Shown here: piece by piece, positions 40,927-54,641 of the stretch
Layout: the number at the start of each line of letters is the position of its first letter
How positions within the stretch are numbered: the first letter of the stretch is position 1
Source of the DNA: the human T2T-CHM13v2.0 reference genome, Homo sapiens
Length of the DNA: 64,000 nucleotides
Direction: 5' to 3' (one strand)
Assembly: GCF_009914755.1 (NCBI RefSeq)
Contig: NC_060947.1
Notes under the pieces: generated by a model
The model's input: the letters and a program-made list of their open reading frames with translations, nothing else
What the model was told of the DNA's origin: nothing
The model's database searches: none
Program-made: the position numbers and the translations under genes

Positions 40927-41923
40927 GTCTACTCTTGGGGATCAAAAATTGCACATTTGTCCCTTGGAAAAAACATTTTAGTTGTCTGGTAATTTCACTC
41001 CAGTGAAAAATTTCATCTCAAGTGAATAAGGTAATCAGAACTCTCTTAGTAGGACCCTTATACCAAGCTCATCTCAAGTGGTTTGTTTGCAGGATGCAAT
41101 ATCATTGAAAGCTGAAATGAGAGTCTGATGATCTTGACCAACAGCGGAGCCAATGTGGTCATTAAGTCAGCAACTCTAGCATTGTTTGGCCTGATACAGA
41201 AATCAGAATAGATGCAAGAACTTTTTCCTTAAAACAGATCCCATTAGAGACAGCAGGACCTGCCTACCAGTCGCAGTGATTCTCTATCTGTCTAGGCATG
41301 TGGAACTAATATCACTGGAACAGTGCTAGGAGTGAATGGATTTGCCAAGCAACAACCTATGCATCCTTGTTTCCCCCTACCCCATGCTCTTATGAGTGTA
41401 GATACTTTTCTTTCTGCTGATGTGGCATTTGGAGACTCCATTTGCAGAGCAGTGGTGCTTGGCTAAACTCTCTCTTGCTAATCTAATTGGGTGGGAGAAG
41501 ATACAAATGCCATTCTAGATCACACCAGCTCTCTACTAAGGAAGTCTGGGAGTACCAAAAATGTAAAAAAGAAAAAAAACTGAGCACAGCACCTCCTAAT
41601 GATCATCAGTCCACCTGCCATGGAATCCCATGCCAGTCTAGGAAAACAATTTGCTTTTGGTTAAGAGGAGAGTTCCCTGAATTTGGTATTAATAGTCCAT
41701 CAGAAGCAAGAGGGGTTCATGCATGAAGCTGGAGGTACTGCAGATATGTTCGTTGATGATATATATCAAGTCCAAGAAGGTCTTGAAACACTACAGCTGT
41801 ATGATTTCTAACCAGATGAAATTAAATAGGAATAAGCAAAAGATCCTGACTTGAGTCAACAAAGCTACCTTCACAAGTACAGAGAAAAAATTTGGAAGGA
41901 ATATGGACACAAGTGGCTTGAAG

Positions 41924-42156
41924 CAGGGTTCTGTAACCTTGATGCTATTAACATTCTGGGCTGGATAATTCTTTGTCATGGGGGGCTGTTTTGTGCATCC
42001 TTGTTGGATGGTTAGCAGTATCTCTGGACTCTACCCATTAGATGCCAGTAGTATACCATCCCCCAAGCCATAAAAATCAAAATTGTCTCCAGACATTGCC
42101 AAATGTCCTGGGGACGTTGTGGGGGATGACAGTATCACCCCGGTTGAGCACCAGTG
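41924..42156 (-). mobile_element. MER20
   Basis: gggctggataattctttgt...gtctccagacattgccaaatgtcc...ggttgagcaccagtg; TSD gcttgaag/gcttagag. Confidence 0.92.
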
Positions 42157-42199
42157 GCTTAGAGGAAGCACAGACAATAATAAAATTTTTATCAAGTAC

Positions 42200-42782
42200 A
42201 AGTTGAATAGGAATCTCTAGTATGGTGAGATCACCAAAAGAACTAACAGAATCTTGGACTCCACTGCTGAATCAAAGTTAAGTATAAAGACGGAGATCAT
42301 CAACACTAGTGAGACCACATCTGAACATTGTTAAGAGGAATATGGAAGAACTAGAGCCTATTTCTATCAGAGGGACCAAAAGGGAGAGGGAGAATCAAAT
42401 CCATGTTATCAGAGGAACAGATGTGCAACTTCTCACCCCACCCTCAAGTCTTCCTTAATTCAGGTTAATCAACCTTACTGCAGCTGAGATGGAAAGGAAG
42501 GGTGAGACTGGAATGTGACATAAAGCTCCGAAGGGCTGGCATAGAGAAGAACATTAGACTTGTTTTGTATGGTTCCAAGAAGCCCAGCTAGCATCAGTGC
42601 ATGACAGCAATGGGAAAAAGATTTCAACTCAATCAATGGAAGGTGTTCTAATGCCGTGTCTTTGAGAACATCATGCATAGGCAAGGATAACGACTTGGTT
42701 GTAGAAACAGCTGGTGCATCAGATGGGGGTGGGTGGTGGAGTAGATGACTTTCAAGGGATCTTCCAGCCCTTAGATTCTAAT
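42200..42782 (+). mobile_element. L3/CR1 relic
   Basis: gagaccacatctg...ttagacttgttttgtatggttcca...agtagatgactttcaagggatcttccagcccttagattcta. Confidence 0.6.
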
Positions 42783-44549
42783 GAGTAAGTAAACGGAATG
42801 CTGCCAGTGCTGTGTTTTTTTTCTGAGCAGGCTAAGAAGGCAATAACCTAAAGCACATATGCTAAAGATGCCCAGTACTGTATTTAACACGAGATCAGAA
42901 AGATCATCTGTTCTCACTGTTCCTTTGAAAAAATATGGCTTGTCTGATAATCAGATAAGGAAGCACCATCCAACCTGCCTTCCTCAGCACTGTCTCCATG
43001 CTCAGAGATGCATCCCTCCTGGGTAGGATGGATGGCAATGAGCCTGTCATAGGACGAAGCTTGGCATCAGCCCATGCCCAAAGCTAACTCAAAAGGAAAC
43101 AAAGAAAACTGTTTTCCACATCCTTTTTGTTCAAAGGAGTAGTGTCCTCTAGAATTCCTGGCCCTCTTCCACAGGGTGGTGCCTTCTACTTTCCTGGCAC
43201 TTAGCCTCAGTGGCGCTCAGCACACATTCATCTGGCTGTCACTTGGGCCGTTTTCATAGATGAGCGCCATGGACTCTTGGGGACTGCAAAAGAGAGGTCT
43301 CTTAACTCCCGAAAACACAAGAGCCCAGAATATACTGCTTATAATCACTCACAGATTGTTAAGAAAATTCTATGCATACTCCAAGAGAATCCTTACTGAA
43401 ACTTGTTACTGAAAGCCAACAGCATGTGGCAGGAAACCCTAAAGTAGTGGAATTACCGAAGTGTCTAACTCTGGAAACAGCACTCTCCCTAAACTCCCAC
43501 ATTCCAATGACTGCAAATTGCTAAAAGGGCCATGATTGGAAAGATGCATGCTTACAGAGTCCTTGATCTTTCCTCACATACTCAAATGTACCCAGATTCC
43601 TATATAGCTTATCTTAAAATGGGAAAATGAGAAAAATCTCTTTGTCCTTGAGCTAGTAAAAAAAATTGGGTGTGCACAGGGGAAAGCTTGATAACTGGAC
43701 AAAATTCAAATGCATAGGTTTGGAGAGGTCTTCTATTTCCTTCATCATTAATGACTGATAAAGCTCGGCAAGCCAATAAAACAAAAAGCAAACAAAGATA
43801 AAAATCTCTTTTTAATGTCCGTTTTTCTCTCTGTTGTAATTTTTAATAAATTCTTTCTGGTAATATTTTGATTGCAAAGATAATTTTTGCTTTTATTCCT
43901 TTAGGCAACACAGCATATTAACTCTCCAGTCCCCCCAATGGCAATGCAAAGACACAGTCAAAAACGTGGATGCAAGAAGAAGAAGGTATTTTAACTACAC
44001 ATACTCTACTGCTGGCTTTTAAAGAGCCAAAGAAAGAGGTGTATACAGAAAAAAAATCAAGTGGGGAGGTTGCCAGGCAAACACAATTACCTTTTCAAAT
44101 AAAAATCATTATAATCACAGAAGCCTATGTTAGATCACAGGGGTTACACTAACAATATCAGACAATCATTCTGACTGCTGGGAAACACTGTACTGCAAAC
44201 ATTAGCACAAAAAGAATACATTTCAGTATTCACCCTCAGCAGAACCCAAGTACTCAATAGTAAATATCTTTGGAAATGTTTCAGTGGGGCACACTGACTT
44301 TATAAATTACTTACTTGGTGACATTAAAATGTCAGTAGATCTGCTTTATCTAATACACGAATAATAAGGTTTGATGCATATTTCTTTTACGAACCTCCTA
44401 TCAACCAAAGGTACATTAGCATCCATCAAATGACCTTTGTACACAAAACTGCCTATGACAACATCAGAAAACTTTTAGAAAAGCTAGAAGATAGCAGTGT
44501 TAAACCATCTAAACATTATAAGACTACAAACTAATCATCTTCCCACTTG

Positions 44550-44735
44550 CAGAGACTTATAGAAGAGAGAGGTGCTTTCAAAATCATCCAGTTGAACCCT
44601 TTTATTTTGCAGAAAAGGATATCAAAGTCCAGAGAGGCAAAATGATTTGACCAAGATCACATAGCATGAAACGAAAACATAAGTTAGAAACTAAGTCAAC
44701 TACCTCTTAGCAGAAGGCTATTTCTCCATGCACTA
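44550..44735 (-). mobile_element. MIR/MIR3 fragment
   Basis: atcatccagttgaacccttttattttgcagaaaagg...tgatttgaccaagatcacatagc. Confidence 0.7.
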
Positions 44736-46064
44736 ACAGCACCTCCTCATTTTCTACATCAAGATGAGTTGACTTTTGGCATCTAAAAAACCAAGAGACA
44801 GATTTCAGTGGGACTTTGTGTTTGGGAAAAAATACATTGTATGGTTTTATAATGTTCCCTAAAAAGTTTATTTTTAGAGTATTTTGTGAGAAAGACTTTC
44901 ATTTTCTTTTTCTTTTAAAGCCCACATCGTAGTCAATGTATTATTATGTAAATAATGACGTGCTCTGGTGAGCCAATTTTCCTCACTTTTTATTCTCTTT
45001 AAAGCTTACCTCTGGCCTAGAATTGGTCTCTGGCCACCAGATGAAGGTGCCAGCACATTTTCCCACACTCTCTTTTTCTAAGAAGCAGAGAGTCAGAAAG
45101 AGTGAAGGCCGACAGACAGTGCAATATACCAGTACAAATCAGGCAATCTGAGCTCCAGTTTGTGTGACTTTTGCAAATCTCAATTTCTTCTTATCTAAAA
45201 TGAGGGGAGCACCTATGAATCAGCTGCTAACAACACTGGGACCAAGCATTTCGAATTTGGTTTACTTGCACCATTGCCCCCTGGGGAGACAGAAGAAAGG
45301 GATGGAGGTGGAGATAGAGGCGTTAAAGCACAGGTAGGAAGTCTACACATACAGATGTATGAACATAATTTACTTTAACTATGAAGTCTAAAGTCCAGAT
45401 AAGAAAATGCTATTTTCTACATCTACACACACACACACACACGCTCCCACATCATACACACTGATGTATTCTCATCAATGCATCATCAATACAACCTGAT
45501 ATATTCTCTCCCAAGAGCTAGGTCAAAGCTGCCTGGTTTGATTTTATGTGCAGAGCAACTTCTCAAGCACTAGATGTTGAACATCAGTTTACCTTTCCCT
45601 TTCTTTAACAATCCTGTGTAAATGACTATTGTTCTACTAACCTAACATTTTCTGCCATGAATTGTCCTCTTCCAGCTTCACAATTAATGGTCTATTTTTT
45701 GTAAAATTGAGAGGCATTAATCTATGTAAAGATTAGTAGAAGAGCTATAAAATCTGTGTTATTAACATAATATTAACCTTATCCAACCTGTGCTGTAAGT
45801 CACTGAGTTCCTAGGATCTCAGCACATATCAAGAAGCTAAGGTTATTTCCACATAATACTAAGAAACACAATACAAACCATTAAAGAGGGGTGGAGAGAA
45901 TAAAAGAGAAAATTTAGTATTAATCAAGTTTCTCTTTTCTATTCTACCTGAGGGTAACCAAAATGCAATCCAGAGACTCCAAAATCAACTTCAGAAATAA
46001 ACACCCACCATTATGTCCTTTCTATGTAAGACACATCTTGTAATGCCTCCCGTAAGATAAGTAA

Positions 46065-46240
46065 GTGTTAGAAATATTCTAGTCTCTGGCATCAGAAAGG
46101 CCTGGGTTCAACCCCTGACTTGCCACTGTATGAGTCTGGGAAAGTCGCTTAACTTCTCAACTTCAGGGTTGTTGTAAGGGTGAAATTAAACAATGCATGG
46201 AAAGGATCTAACACATAGCAAGAACTTAATTGGCATTACT
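46065..46240 (+). mobile_element. MIR fragment
   Basis: ggcctgggttcaacccctgacttgccact...cagggttgttgtaaggg. Confidence 0.65.
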
Positions 46241-46342
46241 GCCCTCCTCTTGAGGGTTAATGTGGGCAATGGAAACAATATCCATAACCAGAGACAATTT
46301 AAATATCACATCATAAATTGGCTGGCTTCACAGATCTATATC

Positions 46343-46864
46343 ATGCATTTCCAACAAGGGTGATATTGTCCATAAGGGGAAGAAAATTGATTTGGGGGGA
46401 AAGTGAAAAAAAAAGATATTACAGTAGATTGTGGCCCTTCACATCCAATCCTCCTCCCCTAAATCTTTTTCCTTAGTATTTAAGTTCTCTCATTAGGATT
46501 ATTTAAATTGAATTTCCTCCTTAGGGGATGATCTTTTTCAAAAGGTTGTGAGGCCAGGCAGGGTGGCTCACACCCATTATCCCAGCACTTTGGGAGGCTA
46601 AGGAGAAAGAATAGCTTGAGGCCAGGAGTTCCAGACCAGTCTGGGCAACACAGCAAGACCGTGTCTCTACAAAAAACTTTAAAACTTAGCTGGGTGTGGT
46701 GATGCACGCCTGTAGTTTTAAATATTCCAGAGGCTGAGGAGGGAGGATCGCTTGAGCCCAGGAGTTCAAGGCTGCAGTGAGCTGATTGCACCACTGCCCT
46801 CCAGCCTGGGCAACAGAGTGAGACCCTGTCTCTTAAAAAAAAGAGAGAAATTTGTGAAACACTG
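46343..46864. mobile_element. MER106A-like MITE interrupted by AluJ
   Basis: gggtgatattgtccataaggggaagaaaattg...gatattacag...tgtggccc...tccttagtatttaa; end gaaacactg lies after the Alu. Confidence 0.65.
46552..46848 (+). mobile_element. AluJ
   Basis: ggaggatcgcttgagcccaggagttcaaggctgcagtgagc. Confidence 0.95.
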
Positions 46865-47845
46865 ATATGTATCCTTTGCATTATTGAAAAGATGCACTCC
46901 TGGAAATTTTCACTGTTTCCCTATGCTAGGACTCAAAAAACTGCCATGTTATCAGTACAAGGGACAGGAGTAACTCCAAAGGGCATTTGACATTATGCAT
47001 GATATTACACGCTGTATAAACATGACATTGTCTCTATTTTTAATATAATCATAGTAAATTCCATTTATTGGGGTTTACCTCATAAACCTTATATGTCCCT
47101 CTTCCTAGCATCCAATTTCCAGCCCTATTTCTAATCCATTTCAGAAAGACAATATCAATGTTACTCACCTTTTCAATTAGGACTTGGGCTAAACAATTCT
47201 ATATCAGAACATTGTTGCAGCAGATGTAGATTAAATCTAAAGCTTCATCCTTGCCTATTTGCATTGTTATCCACCCATAGAAATTCATTGCGTTTTCAAA
47301 GGTGACCTCCTTGGAATAAATCCATTCAGCTGTCTCTAATGAATCTGTAGGTGTCAAAGTCTTCTCCTACCCTGTCATCAATTAATGAGCCTAGGGACCC
47401 ATCCCTGTATAGAATTCCGATTATGGCCCTGTAGTTACCTACAGCCATTCTATAAAATGGATAAATGGATGTCACAGCTAGTTCAGTCCCTTAAGTATCA
47501 GGGTTCTGATTAAAGTAGGAGAGGGGTTCAGAATGAGATGAGGCCAACACACAGCTGATGGCCCCAGGCTCTGCTACCTGTCCTTGATCATCCCTGAAAT
47601 CTTGGAGACACTAGGTAACTTCAACTGTAGATTTATTTGGTCATTTGTTTATAGCCAGCTGCCAATAATCTGTAGTCCTGGGGTACAACATAAACATGGA
47701 TAACTAAAATCTATAATCTCCCAACACACCATAGGCAAGAGTGTCAGCTCCTTCCTCATTAAACTGTTCTACCTGCACAAGCTGTTAAGATAAAAAGTAA
47801 AATAGTTTCCATCTATCCCCCCATTTTCAGTTTTAAACAAAATTT

Positions 47846-48152
47846 GTTTTTGTTCTTGTTTTGAGACAGTGTCTCCTGCTGTGTCACCCAGACTGGAGTG
47901 CAGTGATGCAATCATAGCTCACTGCAACCTCCAACTCCTGGGCTCAAGCAATCCTCCTGAATCAGCTTCCTGAGTAGCTGGGACTACAGGCGTGTGCTAG
48001 GGTGCCTGGCTTTTTTTTTTTTTTCTTTTTTTTTAGAGATGGTCTCTTGCTTTGTTGCCCAGGCTTGTCTTGAATTCCTGGGCTCAAGCGATCCTCCTGC
48101 CTCAGCCTCCCAAAGTGCTGAGATTACAGGCGTCAGCCACCGCACCCCACCC
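47846..48152 (-). mobile_element. AluJ
   Basis: atcatagctcactgcaacctccaactcctgggctcaagcaatcc; TSD-like taaacaaaattt/tacacaaacttt. Confidence 0.95.
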
Positions 48153-48446
48153 TACACAAACTTTAAATCTGGAGTTTACAAAGGTAAAAGGTAGGCATTC
48201 AGACAACAAGAAGTAAAATGAGACAGGATACTCCCCAGTAAGGATAATCAGACTATGAATAATCAAGAGCTGCACCCATTGTTACCCAGAAACATCAAGT
48301 CTTCTCATGTTTTACATCAAGCCCTACATTATGATTGTAAGTGAATCAGGGTGGGGAGCTTACAATCCTAGAGTTGGCACTGTGGGAGGCATGAAGCAGA
48401 AGCTCAAGAGCCAGTTAGGGACTAATGTACATCAAAAGCACAAATA

Positions 48447-48743
48447 GGCCAGGCACGATGGCTCATGCCTATAATCCCAGCACTGTGGGAGGATCACTTG
48501 AGCCCAGGAGATTGAGACCAGCCTGGGCAACATGACAAAACCCTGATTCTACAAAAAATACAAAAATTAGCTGGATCTGGTGGTATGCACAGGTAGTCGA
48601 AACTACTCGGGAGGCTGAGGTGGGAGGATTATCTGAGCCTGTGGAGGTGAAGGCTGCAGTGAGCCTTCAGTGCAGTGGTGATCACACCACTGCACTCCAG
48701 CTCAGGTGACAGTGAGACCCTGTCTCAAAATAAATAAATAAAT
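48447..48743 (+). mobile_element. AluJb-like with small indels
   Basis: TSD aaagcacaaata at 48435-48446 and 48744-48755; (TAAA)n tail. Confidence 0.95.
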
Positions 48744-49909
48744 AAAGCACAAATACCCCAAAACCATATCACCATATTCCCCATTTGGAAAAAGGACCAG
48801 CAGATCATCTTAACAGCGTTTTGGAATCTGTGCAATTCTCACAGCTTTTACTCTATCGCTAGTCACAATGCTGTTCCTTGCTGAGATTTTTAAAGACTGC
48901 CATCTTCATGATCCTACAACATCCATCTTTTCAGAGGGATATCTTGTTTGAGGAGACTCAGACTTAATTACTTTTCATCTGTCTTAAAGAATTCAGGTAC
49001 TAACCTATTCATGTCAATGTGAATAAAACAGCAAAAAGTAGTTGCTATGGCCAAGTGCTGTGAAATAAGAAAAGCTGTGTTTCTTGTCCTGGTATCTGCT
49101 TCTAACAAACAGCAGGGTCTTGGATAAGCATCTGTACTTCAACGCCTTCACCTATGAAACTCAGACAATAATCTCTGCCCTGCTGGGCAGAATAAAATAA
49201 GTGCAAAAACATTTTAAAGAGCATAAACCATTACATGTGTTTAACTTATTGCAAGACACTTGAATCTGGAAGTTAAGCATAATATATTTGTGGTCCTTTC
49301 CAATTTACAGTAATATGACAATAAATTAAAATAATTTTAATAGACACAAGGAACCTTCTGCTTTTAAAAACTGCAGTAAGACTATTTCTTTTACATTACA
49401 GAAACACTTTTAAAAGATCTTTTAAGTGCTCATTGTGAGAAAAAAGTAATGTTGCTTTCTTATGCCCTTTACAAACCTTTACTCTGGACTCAACTAACTA
49501 AAATTAACAGCTAGAATTGTTTTGACTTGTTCTAACACAGACGAACTGAATTTCAAATCATTCAACCTCACCTCTTCTCTCCTTCACTCCTGGCAGCCAA
49601 GAAGTGAATTGTGCATTCCGTCTGGCCTTTTGATAATTTCCAAAATGCTAGAGAAAATGGTCAGCTTTAAATTTCCCAAGGTGAGTTCTAGAAATTCTGT
49701 GCTTAATGTACTTTGCTCTCTCATTCAAATGTATTTGAACTGAGTTTAAAATGTCCATGTGGGAAAAGTTCAACCCCCGTAGCCTGTTACCTTCAAATCT
49801 TCCCACTCAGTGGATTGAGTAGAGATACTCCAAGGGGTGAACCTTCAGCAAGAACCTCTTCGATAGCTCTTCAATCCATAGACCAGCACTGGGGCTCTCC
49901 AGCACTCAC

Positions 49910-50220
49910 AATGATTATAAGAGCCATCATTTGTTGAGGTTCTACCATGTTCTATGTGCCAAACATCACACCAGTGCTTTATAGACATAGTCTCATTTTA
50001 TTCTCACCACAATCCTTCCAGATAGGCATTATGCCTATTTTAAGATAATGAAACTGACTCTCAGAAAAGTGAAATAGCTTGCTTAAAAAGACCAGATTTT
50101 AAGTTTCATGAGAGCAGGAACCATGTCTATTTATTCACCAACATAAATTCCCCAGTGCCTGACATAATGTCTGTAAAATAGTAGGTATGGCACAAATATT
50201 TGTTTAACAACTGATTCAGT
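49910..50220. mobile_element. MIR (minus) abutting an L2 3' end (plus)
   Basis: tctcattttattctcaccacaatcc...gaaactgactctcagaaaagtg; then catgagagcaggaaccatgtc...ccccagtgcctgacataatg...aaatatttgttt. Confidence 0.75.
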
Positions 50221-50831
50221 AAAGTGGCACTATGAACACATTGCTATATCAACACAAAATTCACTGGGGCTGGAGGACTGGAGAAGGGATGATGTATTAA
50301 CACGAAACAAGTGATTTTTCAGTAACATTAACAATAATAAACAGTTCCCAGCCACCCACCAACTAGAAATTTGTAAAACTGTTGGACTGTGTTTAATCCT
50401 CTACTCCCTACATTGGCATGGCCCAAATCTTGGGACCACCTCAGTTGCCATTTGGAATTCAACTACAATAGTTTAAAATGACTCTCGCTGTTCCTTGCTC
50501 ATGCAGAGAAGTGACTTTCTAAAATAAAAGCATTTCCTTTCCATGCCAGGCAACTAGATGTGGTTCCGGGAGTTGGTCAGTGCTTTCCTTATTGCTAATT
50601 GCAATGCTCACAGTATCCTGGAAACAACAACCAAAGGCAGGCCGTTTTTTGAGTTACTGTGTACATTTAAACTTGACATGTGTTAAATTATGGGTCGAAA
50701 ACAGAACCTTCATCCACTTAGACCAATGCTGTTTAATAATTAAACCTGAATTGTAACAGTATGCATTCCAAAAGGAACACATTTAGTTGCCTTGCTCAGA
50801 CAATATATTAATACCAATCTTACCTTACTAT

Positions 50832-51143
50832 CATAGTCCCCACCCTTATCTGTGGTTTCACTTTCAATTTTCAGTGAGCCATGGTCACTCACAGTCAGGA
50901 AATACGTGATCACAGTATAAGATATTCTGAGAGAAAAAGACTACATTCATATAATTTTTATTACAGCATATTATTATAATTGTTCTATTTTATTGTTGTC
51001 GTTGTTAATCTTACTGTGCCTAATTTATAAGTTAAACTTTATCATAGGTAAGTATGTGTAGGAAAGAACATAGTATATATAGGGTTTCAGGCATCCGCCG
51101 GGGGTCTTGGAACACATTCCCCACAGATAAAGGGGGACAACGC
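50832..51143. mobile_element. MER44A (Tigger7-derived MITE)
   Basis: TIRs tagtccccacccttatctgtgg / ccacagataaagggggacaac; internal ttactgtgcctaatttataagttaaactttatcataggt. Confidence 0.9.
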
Positions 51144-51896
51144 ACCTTGAAACTGAAACTTAAACAATGTGAGAATGATCACTGGATTGCAAACACTATA
51201 AAAATCATACAGGAGTACATTTATCTTTTCTTCAGATTCCTTAAAGTCATTCCATTTTTTAAAAGCTCTGTTTTTTCAATAATGACCAAATGCTGCTTCC
51301 AAAAAAGAAATTTAAGAGATAATTATTATTAATAAACTAATAATCCTCCAGCAATGCTAACTACAATCCCTCTGATAGCCCGGGGAAAAAAAAGAAAGAT
51401 GTAAAAACAATAAAAGCTATTTTGGGGAACTCATTAAAAAAGAAAAACAACATCCCCAAAATAAACACTCAAGCTGCGTCAGATCAGGTACCAAATTGTT
51501 TGGAAATGAAATTATCTTTGAGAGGATATTTACTATAAGCAGTCAAGATTTAAACAAATAAAATTATGAGAGAAAAAAAGGCTCAATTTTGTCCTGAGTA
51601 TTTATCATGGTTAAACATGCAATCTCCTGCAGCTTGAGAATCCAAGGCTATAACTCTGGGGGATGCTCTCAGGACAGAGGACTAAAGGAAATAAATGAAA
51701 GAAGGTTGATGTTATAATGGGAGAAAATACTTCAAAAACTGAGTAACAGCTCATTGTGAGCTTGGCACTCAAGACGGAAATACAACAGCCATTATCTTTG
51801 GGCTAAACAAATTGATGATATCAAAACAAAGGAATGATCTAGGCAAACATAGATATAAAAATACCCAAAGGTGAACCATTGAAAAAGGGCATCCTC

Positions 51897-52293
<397 letters not shown>

Positions 52294-52409
52294 TTAAAGA
52301 AAAAATAATAGGAAGGAAAAATGGAAACATCTGTGAAACCTTCAGTGTACACAGAAGAACACACTTGGTCCGGAGAAGGAAGTGATTTGGTTGAGTCTAC
52401 ACACAACTA

Positions 52410-52530
52410 GTAAATGGCAGATCTGGACAAGAATAGAAAGTTCCATGACGGCACAGACTTTTGTCTGTTTAGGTTCATTGGAACAAAGACTGAAACATAG
52501 TACAGTCTCAATGAATATTTGTTGAAGGAA
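52410..52530 (+). mobile_element. L2a 3' end
   Basis: aagttccatgacggcacagacttttgtctgttt...ctcaatgaatatttgttgaa. Confidence 0.75.
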
Positions 52531-54271
52531 GGGAGGAAAGGTGGAAGGAAGGATAAATTCAATTGAATTCAAAAAGTATACATTACACAATGTCCTTGTG
52601 AGGAATTCCAAGACAGTGCACGGCATGGCACCTAACTATAAATTTGTGAAATTGTTGGACTGCCTTTAATTACCTACTCCCTAAATTGACATGGCCCAAA
52701 TCTTGGGACCATCTCAGTTGCCATTTGGAATTCAGCTACAACAGTTTAAAATGACCCTCACTGTTCTTTGCTCATGGAGAGAAGTGACTTTCTGAAATAA
52801 AACATTTCCTTTCCATACCAGGAAACCAGTATGTGGTTTCCTGAATTGGTCCAGGAGCTTACAGTCTATCTGGGGTAAACAAGATGTACACAGGAAAGGG
52901 TGACTCACCACCAAATGTTATACACTGAGAGCCAAATAAATGGTGTGTATGTCAACCCTGCAGAAAGTTTGATGAATAGAGACTCAGCTATGAACTGTTG
53001 TAGACAGGGAATCTTGATGGTGAAACAAGAGGCACTAAATGCCAGTAAAGCCTCTTGACTTCCTGGTGTAACAGGATCTTGTCTAATGATATTGATGAAA
53101 AAATTCTTCACAGTTTTCAAAGTGCTTTCAGTTTGCCTTACCTCCTGTGTTCCTAACAAAGTACTAGGTGGTGGGCAAGAATGGGATGCTGATCCTCATT
53201 GAAAAGTAGAAAGAAGATGTATTCTCTGAAATGAGAATTCAATCCAGCACGGTATGTGATGGCACCTATCCATCTCGGGGAAGTTGAGAGTCTTAATGTG
53301 GATGTTGTTAGCATATGTGAGATAAGAAGACACAAGATTGGCACAGACAAGTTTAGAAAAAGGGATTGTTTGGCAGTGCAATAGAATCAAAGCACATCCA
53401 GGAAATGTGGAGATGGTGGAGAAGAGGCAAGCACTTCCTCTAGCACACAAGTTCATCTATTCTCTCCCTTGTTCTGCAACAGTAGACAATATCCCCTCCT
53501 GGGATAGCTAGGGCTACCACTAGCACATACTGGTGTCTTTATGTGGAATATCAAAAGGTAACTTATCTTGGCACCCGTTCTTCTAGGTCGGCATGGCCTC
53601 ACTCCAGAGCACAGGGCTTAGTGAGCAAAGCACGGGCTGCATTTCAGCTCCCATTCATTTTCTCGGCCAGGTGTCTTTGTACAATGCACAAACTGAACAC
53701 CCAGATATGTCGGCCCTGGAAATAGCCCATTCAGTCTTTGACCTGCTATATTAGAATGTGCTTCCTTTTACAGAGTCTAAGTACACCTCCCAGTGGGATT
53801 TGTTGTGCCCTTTCTAGCCACATGGGAATAGCTAAGCTCCTCTTCCCAGAGACAGTCCTTCAAACACTTAGACTGCTTTTGTGCCCTTCCTCAATCAAGC
53901 TACCCATGTAGCTATCTCCTTCCAAAGAAAACCAAACCAGCCCCAAAGCCACAGCAGAACTACAGTGCCATTGAAAACACACTTGTAGCAGAGCTATCAT
54001 AAAGGGACTTGAAATATAAGGAAGAACTATATACAGACAAGGATCATGACAGAATTATCAACACTCTAATGGAAGCAATCAAAGCATTAAAGGTGAGGAA
54101 AAGCAGAAGTAGCTGAATATGCAGGATACATGCACTCGAAAGAGCCCCAGAGTAAAAATAAAGAGGAAATGGAGAATTGGAGGAACATTAGGACAAAATG
54201 AGGGGGCAAGTGTAGTGGAACTATAAAGAATTCCAGACATACAGGCTAAAGGATAGGGATATGAACTGCTT

Positions 54272-54641
54272 AGGAAAAGAAGAAAAGAAAAGAGGAGGGG
54301 AGGAAAGAAAGGGAGGGAAGGAGAGAGTCAGAGGAAGGAGGGAAGGAAGGAAGGGAGGAAGAGGGAGGGAGGGAGGGACAGGAAAGAAAGAATGAAGAAA
54401 AGAAGGCAGGAAGGGAGGGAGGAAGGGAGGGAGCGAGAAAGAAAGGAAGGAAGGGAGGGAGGAAGGGAGGGAGAGAGAAACAAAGGAAGGAAAGAAGGAA
54501 GGAAGTGAGGGAGGGAGGGACAGAGGGAAGGAAGGGAGAGAAGGAGGGAGAGATGGAGGGAGGGGAGAGGAAAGAATGAAAATAATTGGGAGGGAAAAGA
54601 GAAAGGCAAGCAGGGAAAGGAGGGAGGGAGGGAGGGAAAAA
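54272..54641. repeat. About 370-bp GA-rich polypurine tract (GGAA/GGGA/GAAA units)
   Basis: Direct reading; ends in GGGAGGGAGGGAGGG at 54622-54636. Confidence 0.95.

Noticed and set aside
42851-42868. agcacatatgctaaa resembling the U6 snRNA 5' region
   Set aside because: Match does not extend in either direction
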